A stretch of 64,000 nt of DNA from Eledone cirrhosa (taxonomy: Eukaryota): positions 205,220,001 to 205,284,000 of the forward strand of contig OZ024742.1 in the NCBI GenBank assembly GCA_964016885.1. Reading direction: 5' to 3'. Of this stretch, positions 50,092 to 63,008 are shown piece after piece. Each line of letters starts with the position of its first letter. The first letter of the stretch is position 1. Under the pieces are notes generated by a model, which saw nothing but the letters and a program-made list of their open reading frames with translations, searched no databases and had not been told where the DNA came from. The translations under genes were made by a program, and so were the position numbers.

Positions 50092-52883
50092 AATCACTTG
50101 ATCACCTATAGATCAAGGGAACACGCCAGTCAGATAGATTATATCCTTACCAGAAGACGTGACAGAGTGTCTGTTGTAAACACAAAATCCCTCCCCCATG
50201 AAGAATGCACCTCCCAACATAGACTCATAGTTAGCGACCTCATAGTCAGGACGAGACGTACTCGACAACAGAGGAGGACTATCCTCAGGAGAAAAATATG
50301 GAAGCTAAAGGACCCCACAGCCAGTAATAAATTTAAAAGCATATTACTTGATGCTTTTGACAATAAGGAAGAGCAATTAGAGTCGTACAATATAGAGGAA
50401 CAGTGGGAATTCCTGAAAGCTAACCTGCTGAAGGCGACAGATGAAATCTGTGGCTGGAGCAGACCTATAGGCAGGAGGAGAGTAACGTAGTGGTGGAACA
50501 GTAAGGTGGAGGAGTCAATCAAGGCCAAAAAGCAGGCTTGGAAAGTATGGCGGGATGGGGGAAGTAGAGAAGACTATCAAGTGGCCAGGAGGGAAGCTAG
50601 GAGACAAGTGTACTTCGCAAGAAGGGAAGCAGAGGAAAGAAAGTTCAAGCATGTTCTACAACGCGAGGACCAAAAACGTGAGGTGTTCAGGATTGCTAGG
50701 CAATGTGTCAAGGAAAACCGTGATATTGTCGGGGAGAAGTGTGTCCTTAATGATGATGGTGTACTTGCCATCACTGACGCTGATAAGAAGGTAGCTTGGA
50801 AGTGTCACTACGAAAGGCTACTAAATGAGGAGAATAAATGGGAGAAAGACAGTCTCCCCCACATCGATCCAATAGAGGGACCAGCAGTGTTAGTCGAAGG
50901 TAGTATAATAAGTAAGGCAATGAAAGATATGAAGACGGGTAAGGCGGCTGGGCCTTCGGAAATAGTTGCTGAGATGCTGAAAGCCTCTGGAACGGTGGGA
51001 CACACCATGGTCACCCGGATAGTAAACCAAGTCACACAGAATGGGGTCGTACCGAAGGACTGGCGTAGCAGCATCATCATTAACTGCTACAAGATACCCT
51101 AGATAGGGAAACTATAGAGGCATTAAATTAATTGACCAGGTCATGAAGGTCACAGAAAAAGTAATAGTGTAACAGAGAGCGAATTGATCTGGATGAAATG
51201 CAGTTCAGATTTGTGTCAGGTAAAAGTACCACAGATGCTCTTTTCATTGTACGACAACTACAGGAGAAGTACCTAGCTAAAAGTAAACCCCTATACTTAG
51301 CTTTTGTTGTCTTGGAGAAAGCCTTTGACAGAGTTCCACGCCCCATTATCTGGTGGGCTCTCAGAAAACTAGGTGTTGATGAATGGCTTGGGAGAGCTAT
51401 ACAAGCTATGTATAAAGAAACAGTCAGCAAGGTTAGAATTAACAACGAATATAGTGAAGAGTTTAGCGTAAAAGTTGGTGTTCATCAGGTCTCCGTCCTT
51501 AGCCCCCTCCTATTTATTATTGCCCTTCAGGCTATAACAGAGGAGTTCAAGACCAGCTGCCCATGGGAACTCCTATACGCTGATGATCTAACGCTTAGAG
51601 CTGAATCAATGGCTAAACTAGAGAAGAAATTCCAAACATGGAAGCATGGCCTAGAATCAAAAGGCCTTAAAATTAACCTGTCTAAGACTAAAGTTCTAGT
51701 ATGTAGGAAGGAAAATAGGGCACTGGTCCCATCTGGGAAATGACCATGCTCAGTGTGTAGGAAAGGAGTAGGCAGAAACTCCATTTTATGTCCCAAATGC
51801 AAAGTATGGGTGCATAAAAGATGTACTGGGATCACAGGTAAGCTAACTAAGAATATAGATTTTATATGTGGCCGGTGTTCAGGTGCAATAAGTAGCAGCA
51901 AGTGCCCACAGAATACTAGCTCATTCCATTGCACAGATGGTTCTATAGAAATAGTGGACACCTTCCGTTACCTGGGTGACAAAATCAGCAGTGGTGGGCG
52001 GTGCTCTGAAAGTACAGTAGCTAGAGTCAGAACGGGATGGAAAAAGTTCAGAGAGCTTATACCACTATTGGCCGCTAAAGGTTTCTCTCTAAAAATGAAA
52101 GGCAGGTTGTATGATGCCTTCATACGAACAGCAATGTTGCATGGCAGTGAGACATGGGCCTTGTGTGCAGAGGATCTACGCTTGCATGCTCCGTTGGATG
52201 TATAATAGTAATATACGTGAACGGCAAAGCATAAATGAACTAAGTGAGAAATTAGGAATAAGAGGGATCAGATGCTGTTTACTCGAGAGAAGACTACGTT
52301 GCTATGATGCGCATGAAAGACGACAGCTGTATAAAAAAGTGCAGGGCGATCAAAATAGACGGTAGCTATGGAGTAGGCAGACTCAGAAAAACCTGGGATG
52401 ACTTGATAAATTCCGACCTCACACACTTACACCTCTCCAAGACAATGTCACTGGACCAAGATCTTTGGCGCTATGCAGTAATACAGAAGACCCGCCTTGC
52501 CTAAGTGCAAAGCGAAACCTACAGTCAGTAGGCACCTCTTACCAAAATACACCTCCGTCCCTCTACCCCCACCCTATCCACACCACCCCTTTCGATGTAA
52601 AGTTATGTTGGTACCACAACATCCAGTCCTAAATAAATGAGGTTGTGTAGGTGTCACAACAAAAAAACACAGTCCATGCTGTTATGTGGCCGTGTAGGTA
52701 ACACGGTAAAAACTTCCCAGTCCACACTGTAAACGTGGTTGGTGTTAGGAAGGGCATCCTGCCGTAGAAAACCCGCCAGACAGTCCTATACGAGCAAGAC
52801 AACCAATCTTGTCTCAAGTGGGAAAATTCCCGTCCAAACCCATGCTAGCGTGGAAAATGGACGTTAAACGATGATGATGATGA
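50092..52883 (+). mobile_element. 5'-truncated RTE-clade LINE (endonuclease end, RT, PHD-like finger, 3' UTR, (GAT)n tail)
   Basis: QIDYIL..SQHRLIV, QFRFVSGKSTTDA, LEKAFDRVPR, WELLYADD and FRYLG; few disruptions. Confidence 0.93.
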
Positions 52884-52939
52884 TCTATATATGTATGCAT
52901 GTGTGCATATTTATACACACAGATGTATACATAAAATGT

Positions 52940-53345
52940 GCCCAGCCCACTCACTAAAATGGTAGTACTGGGTGCCATGATAAAAAGCACATAGTCTGCC
53001 CTTTCAGGTGGTTGTGCCTGTATCACAATAATATGCTCTCAGCTCACTAAGTAAAGTGGTATTGCTGGTGCCACAATAAAACACACCTTTTTCACACTGT
53101 AAACTGGTATTGCTGGTGTCACTATAAAATACACCCAGCCAACTCTGTAAAGTGGCAGTGCTGGTGCCATGATAAAATACACCCAGCTAATTCTGTAAAG
53201 TGGTAACATTAGTGCCATGATAAAACACACTCATTACACATTGTAAAATGGTAGTGCTCGTGCTACTATAAAATACACCCAGCTCACTCTGTAAAGTGGT
53301 ATTGCTGGTACCATGATAAAACGCATTCATTACACACTGTAAAGT
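52940..53345 (+). repeat. Tandem array (unit of about 46 bp, about 8-9 copies) related to the RTE 3' UTR unit
   Basis: TGCCATGATAAAATACACCCAGCTCACTCTGTAAAGTGGTATTGCTGG recurs; similar arrays at 31620-31790 and 32690-32970. Confidence 0.8.
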
Positions 53346-54127
53346 CATTATTGGCACAAGGAAGGGAATCCAGCCTTAAAAACCATGTCAAACTATAGCA
53401 TATGAGTAAGATATACTCACCTGAGATATCCAGTCTTAGCATATGACAACCAGTCAAAACCATGCAAGTGTGGAAAATAGATGTAAAATAGTAATGATGA
53501 TGTTGATGATGGTGAGGTATTGGTGGGGATGTTGATGGTGATGGTTATCATGGTGCTGTTGCTGCTGGAAAGCTATTCACAATGATGATGATGGTGATAA
53601 TGATGATGATGATGATTTTAAATCTGATAAAAATGCAATAAAAAATAAAATGATTTATAATAGAGGTGTATATGAAGATTGAGAACTAATTAAAGCAAGT
53701 AATCTAATCTTAAATGTATCAATCTCACTAAAATGAACAAAATCCAATTTTCTTTATCTCTCTTTTTCTTATCTATGTATATATATATTTCTTTCCACAC
53801 CATTTCAACACATTCCCAGTTTACAGAATTAGTAAACTCATTATCTGTGTGTGTGTGTGCACGTCCTTTTGTGTACATATTCAGCTATGGATGCAGTGGC
53901 CCTTATCTTTACTGCAGCATCCGGGATGTAGGAAGGAGCAAAAGAGTTGCTAAATTTGGCATCCCAAATGAAACATCTACCTCTTACCCAGGGGTAAAAT
54001 GTAAAACCATCTGGTTTTTCCCATCAACCCTGGACAATCCAGCTGGCTCTAGAATTGAGGGAATATTGACTCAGTCCAGGGCTAGCTTGATTGTGGAAGG
54101 CCAGTCATTGTGATGCAGTGTTTACTA

Positions 54128-54991
54128 CGAGGTGGGTCAGAAAAGTTCCAGGACTGATGTCACAAAAGATTTATTTCAAACCCAAACTTCACACTAAGAG
54201 TTTTCTCCTTCAAAGTAATCCCCCTGGAGTCTAATGCACTTTTCCATCCTTTTCTGCCACACTTTCATGCACTCCTGGAAGGATTCCTCCGCAGTTCTGT
54301 CATCACGGCCTTTTTGATGTCGTCCACGTCTCCAAAATGGGTCCCCTCCGAGTCGTACTCGAAGATTCATGACTCATCACCGGTGATGACTGTCCCTAGC
54401 AAGTCTGGTTCAGTTTTAAGACGCTCGAGGATGTCCTGGCACACTTGCATGCGTCAACCCTTCTGGTCATCGTTCAGCAGTTTTGGCACCATCTTCACGC
54501 AGACTTTCCGCATGTCCAAATCTTCAATGAGAATCTTCCAGATGCCCAGCTCATTTGCCATCAGTCGAACAGTCATCCGACGATCACTACGCACCATCTG
54601 CCTGAAGCGCTCAATGTTGACCTCAATCCTGGTTGAGGGCCTTCCGCTCCTGGGGTCATCTTCCACATCCTCACATCCTTCTTTAAACCTCTTGCACCAC
54701 TCAAAAACACGTGAGTGTGACATTGTCTCATCTCCATAGACTTGCTGCAGCAATCCCAGTGCTTCTGATGGAGTTTTCAAGTTTGTTCATTGCTCTGTGC
54801 TCATTGCTTGACGACCTGAAACAGACATGTATATAAAATTATGAAGAAAAAAGTTTGATCGCTGCAGAGAGTTATGAGTACAGTTACATACTCCAGGGGA
54901 TTACTTTGAAGGAGAAAACTCTTAGTGTGAAGTTTGGGTTTGAAATAAATCTTTTGTGACATCAGTCCTGGAACTTTTCTGACACACCTCG
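54128..54991 (-). mobile_element. Mariner-family transposon derivative, internally deleted, TIRs of about 103 bp, TA TSD
   Basis: VFEWCKRFKEG..DDPRSGRPST, MVPKLL and ITGDESWIFEYD; TA at 54126-54127 and 54992-54993. Confidence 0.93.
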
Positions 54992-55699
54992 TATGTTGAG
55001 GATTTAGGTTAGCCAGGTTAGATGCTGAGTAATGGTGAGACCTAGCATATGTAGTGACATTTAGCGTTGTTGGAAGGATAAATTAGATAATTCTTTCTAA
55101 CATTGGCCCAAAGCCAGCAATTTGGAGGAAAAGTTAAATCGATTATATCACCCCCCCCCCTCTTTAATTGCTCTTATGACCTCAGCCTCCGAAAGATTAG
55201 TCATCTCTCACAGTTGCATCTTTAGCAGAAAGGATAATTATTATATCAACAAGAATAATATGTGTTTTTGTTGTAGCAGGAAAGGTATGGTTTTGTTAGG
55301 CTAAAGTATAGCAGTTAGAGGTTTAGTTAAGTGTGAGAGAAGTGAATGTTTGTGGAATTAGTTGTAAAGTCTTCTATAAGATTCTTACATGTTTTTATTC
55401 ACAACTAATTACAGAGTTAAGTTGAGTTGACATGTTAAACAGAGGAATAAACAAAATTAAGAGTTAAGAAGTGAATGTGGCATTGTGTCAGGCCTAAGGA
55501 GGCCGACAGGCCAAAGTGAAGATCTCACCATTACATAATAATGTCCTTTTCTTTCAACGTCCAAGCAGCAAGTGAGAGTATATACGAAAGAAGCGGGAAA
55601 ATCTTTGTTTGGGGGGAAGTTGATAATATATATCCGTGCGCGGCTTGCGATTGGCCTGATTTAGCCAAATCACACATGAATAATATTTATAAATATGCC

Positions 55700-56720
55700 A
55701 AAGGCAAGTATCTTGCTACACATCTCATGATGCTGTTGTGACTGTGTTTAGGAGATCAGCAAAGTATTCTTTCCACTTTGCTGAAAAGAGGAGAACCCTA
55801 GATGTGTTCCTGATAGTTGTGGGAGAGGCCTTCTTATTATGAAGTCAGCCGATGGTCTGTCAGTACACTTTATTTGATGATCTGAATTCGGATTTCAGTT
55901 TAGCCCCAAAGTCCTCCCATGTCTTTACTTTGGATGCCTTCTTGTATCACTAGTGCAAGAAGGAGGACTTATTTCCAAGCCAAGCTCTGTAGGCCCCTTT
56001 CTTTACTCAGATGGCATCTTTGACCTCTTGATCCTTGATTGAACCAAGGGGTCAGTTCCTTGTCCCACCCAGCTACTTTCATCCACAGGATTTAACAGTT
56101 GAAGCTGAAACTGTTTATTTAAACAGTATCCACCCTGTTTCAACACCATCAGTTTTATCAGGGAGTTCTCTGAATTTGGATGCAATAGTATCTGCATACC
56201 TGGTCCTGACCTCATTATCAGCCAGCACTTCCCACTTTATCCTGTAGGTCAAGCTGGACCAGAGAGTTTTGTGGGTTTCTTTGACTTAAGGTAGTTTCAG
56301 TTTGCAGGCAACTTAATGGTAGTTAGTTGATAGCCCAGTCCCTCTCTTAACACAAACATCCAGCACAGAATCGAAGAGATCAGAGAAAATAACGTATCAA
56401 TTATTGATCTCTGTCCCTGATTCCCTTTATACCATGTACATTTATTGATGTCTTTGGCAGGTGTTCCTAAGCAAGAGCGAATTACTACAACAGAAAGTTT
56501 AACAAGGCCTTCCCATTCATATTTAGATCAGGATCACCATTCCTTCTAATTACTCTTTTTCGTGTGAGGTAGTCAGTACCAACATGTGCATTGACATCTC
56601 CCTTCAGGATATATGACTGTCTTAACTACATATAATGCTGCTGTGACTTCATCAAGGAAGAATCTGTATTCAGACTCCTTGTTTGGTGCATAAACTTGCA
56701 CCAACCACAGACCTATCTTT
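55700..56720 (-). mobile_element. Decayed L1/Tx1-like LINE fragment
   Basis: Minus-strand LVQVYAPN endonuclease-like motif near 56700; homology to 1640-1888. Confidence 0.5.
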
Positions 56721-59299
56721 CAGCCTAAACTTCAAGAGGCAAATCCTCCCTCCTAATGGGATCCAGTCCATAACACATTCTGAGAGCCAGGGGCATGTAA
56801 GTATCTTCACTCCTGCCTATGCAGTCATTTCTAGTGCCACACATGAATAGTGGAGTTTCTATTTTCCATCCAAATCTACAGTACCACAGGCATAGAACTT
56901 TGTTGAGGAAACCCTGACTATATCTAGCCATTAACATCCTCCACATGATGCTTCAAGTTCTAATTTTTACAATCTGCTCCCGTTTGGACCCTCTTTGGGG
57001 TCTTGGGATACGCAATGTTTATGTGTCCATCTCACACCTCTCAGGACAGGTTGAAGGCCTATTGCCAGTTTTTACAGCATGAGATGGAGACAATATACTT
57101 TTCGAACAAGCCCCTCTACCTAAGGCCTGAACACATCCCTTGTTAATCCACACGAAGGATGATGCAGTATGACTGCATTTGTTGTCTCACCATATTGCAG
57201 TGTTTTGGTGGTCTCTTTTATGCCAGTCACCAATTCGATACTTTTCTCAGATCTGCGAAGACTAGACGTTTTTGGAGGCAGTTTTTACTCGTCTCATTGT
57301 AGCTACATCACTGGGTTGTGAAAGTTTTCTTGGGAGCTAAAGATGTCACCCATTCCACTGTCTTCCCCTAGTAGATTATTTATTTGTCCAAAAGGTAGAT
57401 TGCTTATTTGTCCAATAGGTGCCTGCTTATATCACGTTTGCGACTCATTCTCTAGCAGAATAGCTTTGCCAATTTTAATTGCGTCCTGTTAAATTGCTTT
57501 ACGCTTGGAGAAGAGATGGGTACTGCCAAGCATTTCTGGGGCCCATAGAAATAACATAATGGGCATATAGTCAAACATCACAACTGACTGCACTAGTTAT
57601 AGGAACTTGATTGATTGATTGATACATAAGGCAATAGGGTCTGATTTCAGGCTAGATTTAATAGTTGTTTTTGGCAGAGGTTGAGAATTGGTTTCAAATC
57701 AGAAGCTTACAGAGATGACAAAGGAACATAGTGAATGGAAGCATGCTGTGCTGGAATAAACCATTAATTTATCAGAACACAAATTTCCCAGTTTGTATGA
57801 TTGTTCATATATCCCTTAAACCAGGTATAGATGACCTATGATAAGGGGTGTGCTGGTTCCATGGACCCTGAAAAGACATGACCTGTTGTGGAAGTATCTG
57901 CAGGAGTATAAGATCAATGGCTATAGAAACATGTTTTCTTAATTATAAGTGTTGAACCTTGGCATGAATATATGATGAGGGTTGCATAAAGAAATGCAGA
58001 GCACTTGAACTTGGGACGATGTTGTGAAGGTTGACCTCACACAGTTGAACCGCATTATCATCATCATTTAACGTCTGCTTTCCCTCCTATGAAGGGTTGG
58101 ACAGGTCTTCCCAGACTGAATAAGTCGTGAAGCAGGTCTACTGACCTCCCAGACATGCTGAGAATCCGCACCTTGCTTACAAATGGCCATATGCTCTACC
58201 AAATGCGCTTTATCATGACACTAGCAATAAGGAGGTTGTCATATATACATAGAAAGTTGTATCTGTATATATAGAAAATAAAGGTAGCCAAGACTGTGAG
58301 TGTATATAAATTTACACATTTTTAGTATATAGACATATAAATCTGTGAAAAAAAAAATGATAAACACCTTTAATCGATTTTATAGTGTATCCATCATCCA
58401 AATAACTACAAGGAAATACGTAACTGATGGGCTTATATACACTATAACTTATACTGATAGCCTGAAATGGAGTCTAGGTTACTTGTATTTGTTATATCAA
58501 GATACAACTTTATCGTACACAAGTTTTCATGGTTTGTCTTGCCGCCCGAATGAATGTCGCTTCGCTTGCCATACCGAGCAAACCTTAATTATTAAGCGGA
58601 CCTTGGCTCGGACAAATATACCTTCAATTATTGGAAGAGACCAGAAGGTCCTTGGGTAAGAAGTAGACAGACATGCCAGACTCTAAAAGCCTAAACGGGG
58701 TGTACCATGAAAATGAGACAAAAAGAATGCTATACAAATTTTCACAAGAGAAGACATCTCTCACCCACCTTAAAGTGGGTGGGAGATCTTTCCGTTCAAC
58801 GGGGAGAGTTGATAGGTCTGGGTAGATGTCTCATTTGGGAAGCCACTGTCAATGAATCTTTTGCAACTTCGCCCACCCTGGATGCTGCAGTAAAAGTGAG
58901 TGCCACTACTTCCGTAGCAGAACGGAATAAATTTCTAAAAAATGTTCCAGTTTGTAGCGTTCGAGACGTTTAGAGAGAACAACGAAGTGCTGGTCATCGA
59001 TGGTGGTTCTCCGTACTAACGTAACCCGTGATGGCCGCGAGGGTGCTTTGTTGTTCAGGCACCCTTAAAACTGTGTGACCGATTGACATACGTTACATCG
59101 TACTGAAAAAATATTTTCTTTCGTTTTGATTTTATATTTCTATGTGAAATATTAAAGTAATAAAGTATTGTATGTATTACTGGAGAGTATATTTTCATTC
59201 TGTAAGAATTATAAATAATTTGAAATGTTATTTATACAATTATGAATAAATTAAATCAACCAAATGACTTGTTGCAAAACGAAAGCAACAAGAGTTATC

Positions 59300-59409
59300 G
59301 TTCGTTGTATGTTATCATACAGGAAGTTGTATATAGCGGAAGTTGATTTCATTGACAACCTCATAAAATATTCTGACGTTGCAGCAGAAATCGTCTTGAA
59401 ACGGTGAGT
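59300..59409 (+). promoter_or_regulatory. Putative housekeeping-type promoter and first non-coding exon ending at a splice donor
   Basis: Two ETS-like GGAAGT sites (about 59322 and 59338), TGACGT near 59374, consensus donor ACG|GTGAGT at 59404, local CpG enrichment and little recognisable repeat. Confidence 0.4.
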
Positions 59410-61194
59410 ATCCCGTAATTAGATCTACAGTTATTGTCACAACAAAACATATTTATGTCTATTACCCTTTAGAACATATTTAGTTATTTACAACCACCCC
59501 TATTTTTAAAATAAATATAATAATATTTTATACGGTTTAATTCAGAAATCTCTCACACTTGTTTCACGAATCGTTCTCAAATAATGACGGCTTACAATAA
59601 AATTTGAGTTAAAGCTGTACTGTTTTAAGTTAATAATATTAAATAACATTATACATCGAATATGGTATTCTGTATATATATTAAGCTATATATATACATA
59701 TATCTTGTTACTTAGAATTAAAGGTATATATATCTATACTGGCCACATATATGTTAACTATTACTGACACACCTCTTGCGGAGGGGAGACATATTTCATT
59801 TCATCAATATAACATGTTCTCGTCATAACACCCAGAAATAATATATAGATGTGTGTCTGTGTGTAATATATATATATATATTATATTTATTATATATTAT
59901 TATATATATTTATATATATATATATATATATAAATTCAGGACCAATACACTCTGGTACTGGTGTAGGCGGTTTCTGAATGAAAAAGAAATGCATGAATTT
60001 ATATATATATATATATATAATATGTGTCTGTATACGAAAGTGTGAAGAAAATCAAGTCATCATACATTTTTATTTCGTTCAGTGATTTTTATTCCTTGTA
60101 TCCGCCCACAACAGGATCGAAATTTTATTCAAACGAATAAAACAGTTCTAGTCCTGTAGAGGACATTTCTATATGAAATATGTATCTTCTCTACCAATGT
60201 ATTGAGTACCTTATTTAATTGAGGTTCCTCTCCGTTCCTTATATAAAATTCATTTTCAGAATTTTGCATCGCTTACCGTTTTTGTTTCAAAATTTTTATA
60301 TTACTCGTGTGACGTAGTAAATATATTATTTAAAATATTTGGCATTAGTGGATCGATGCCTTTAATAATTGGTAAAAGAGGATTATAGGATATATGAACA
60401 ATCATACAAACTGGGAAATTTGCGTTTTGATAAATTTATGGTTTGTATAAAAGAAACCCTATAGTTTACATTGATTAGTGACACGTGAAAATGATTAAAA
60501 ATGGGAATGATGTTTTAATAATTTATTTTTAGGTTATAATTACAGGATAAAATGTATGAGTAACTTTGGAGAAATAACTATTTACAGGGACATGTGAAGG
60601 GTTAGAACCCAGGGCCTTGTGATTGGAAAACAAATTTATTGTAGCAACATGACTGAGATAGGAAATATGTATATAAAGTTTTAAAGAGAAAATGCATCTT
60701 TTTTCCTATGTCAGCATGGGAAGAGCGATGTTTCTTGTCCAATCCATGCCAGCATAGAAAGGCAGACACACTTCACAATATACCACCATATGCAACTCAC
60801 TTTTTTCTAGGCCACCTTCATGACCCAACACTTTCTTTCCTATTGTGGCATGAATCCCTCTCCGACTCCTATCCATGCCTCTCCACTACCGATACCACAA
60901 TAAAAGCACCCAGTCCACCTTGTAAGGTGGTAGTACTGTAGGCATCACATATTCCCAATACACTTTTGTGAAGAGGATTCAACTAGAAACCAAAAGCAGA
61001 GTGAACGAACAAGATGGGTCACCTGACTCAGCACACGACAACCCATACACATATATAGTTGGAAGGTATCTAGCCATAGAAACCAAACCAAAATCAATTC
61101 TGTATGTGCAAGAAGTCATCTGACCTGGCTTGTCTCATAACGGGACAATTCGCCTAACCCATGCTAGTGTCAAAAAATGGATGTTAAACAGTGA

Positions 61195-61231
<37 letters not shown>

Positions 61232-61235
<4 letters not shown>

Positions 61236-63008
61236 GAAGTTTACGAAATGGAAATGCGGGTATACAGAATTTATTAGGTAACAATTGTTTCTATAGTGTA
61301 TGGGTTACCTATACCTCGCTATTTGAATAATATAAAAATATTATCATAAACCGAAGGTACACTGTAAGCAAACACACCATGTCATCAGACCTTTGTATTG
61401 TAATGATATGAAAATATTTTATACACTAGATAAAAGATAAAGAAGGAGGTAGGAAGAGAAGGGGAAGAGGGAAGTGAGTAAGGTGGAGGGAGTCTTAGGA
61501 TTTAAGACTGTCAGACTAGTAGAGATTGCAAGGAGAGAATGTTTTGGCAGCAGTTAGCTTAATGAGGCGTGTTAGGGTTGGCGGGGGGGGAAGTAAATTC
61601 TTCTAGTGGTGTTGTTCCGACAAAATTTAGTTAAAGGGGTCAAAGTGGTACAGTGTCACAGACAGGTTATTAGGGCTATTATAGTAGGTTATTTCTAAAA
61701 GGGTCCAGAAAAACAGTGTTTAGTACTATTATTATAGAAAGCTATATCTTGTGTATAAACATATAAAACAGAAATTTGCAAACGGTGGTGTAAAAGGTAA
61801 CATTATATGCATTTAAAAAAAGAAAAAGTCGTTTTCAAACGATGGTTACAGTATAGAGATCGTTCAATTTTGCTGTTCAAAAGTTTGTTTACCGACGTTA
61901 AAATGCAAAAGTTTGTTTACCGACGCTAAATTGCATAACTTGCAGAATCAATGATTTTGCTGATATGCAGGCGCAACTGCAATAATTTGCCAATCAAGGG
62001 AGAACGCTTGATTGTTCCTCCGAAGCTGCCAGGCTTTATCGGCGAGGGTTGTTACGGAGCGCATTTTCTCGTGCCTGATCGAAGATCGATGTTGGTATAG
62101 GCGAGCCTTGAAAGAAGTTGCGGTACATCCGACGTAATACCATTTGTTGGTTCCGGAATTTATTGTACATCGGTAGACAATATTGTGTGCTAGGCACTGG
62201 TTATTCAGTGGGCATGTACCTGGTTTGGTGCAGTTACAATTATTTTTATGTTTTGCAGTAGAATCCTGGATAGTTTGGTGGGGTTGTGGTTGCGTGTTAG
62301 TGCGTTGTATGTTGCTATGCTGGTGCGCTGAGTCATTAGGGATGTACTTATTCAGTATTGCTGAGTTGAGTTTTTTAATTAGTTGTTCTACGTTAGGTGC
62401 AGTGGAGTATGAGAGTCTAATGGTGCGCGAGTTAAAGATTTTATAGTATTTATGTGAAGTTGTAAAGTGTTTATTGATTAGTGTATAGAATTGTGAGATA
62501 ATCTTAGTGCTAATAGAAGAATTGTACACAGGGTTATACCATATGTACTCTCTACGTCTGACCCTATTTGCTGGTTTGCACCTATTAGTATGCCTATTGA
62601 TGTGTGTGTGTGGTGCAATACTAGTTCGACTTAGGTGTGTTTTATTCATAGTACTTATGTGGTTATCGTCTAGATATTCTATGTTCTCGCAGTAACCAGC
62701 TTTTCTAAGTGCGTCATTATAATATTCAGCATGCTCGTTGAAGGTTTGCAAATTAGACGACAGTCGGGAGATCCTTATGGATATATTTTTAGGGATAGAT
62801 TTAATAATGGAATGAGGGTGGTTCGATTTTACATTAACGTACTTACTTAATAATTTCTGTATACCCGCATTTCCATTTCGTAAACTTCTTCTTCATATTT
62901 TCTCCGGATTTTAAAACACACTTTATTATACGTTGAGCAATCTCTGACGTCGGTTGACCCCATCCAATGCAACTACTTAGTAACATTGGAATACAAATTT
63001 ACTAATTC

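Noticed and set aside
52940-53345. CRISPR-like array
   Set aside because: Units are contiguous and degenerate with no unique spacers or cas genes; the context is eukaryotic and the unit derives from a LINE 3' UTR
58345-59000. Coding exon near the putative promoter
   Set aside because: Short frames with no recognisable domain; 58820-58915 is an inverted homologue of 53892-53980, so it is a dispersed repeat
60090-60165. Intact hammerhead of family P3
   Set aside because: GAAAC has decayed to AAAAC and no CTGATGA box remains; counted only as a relic
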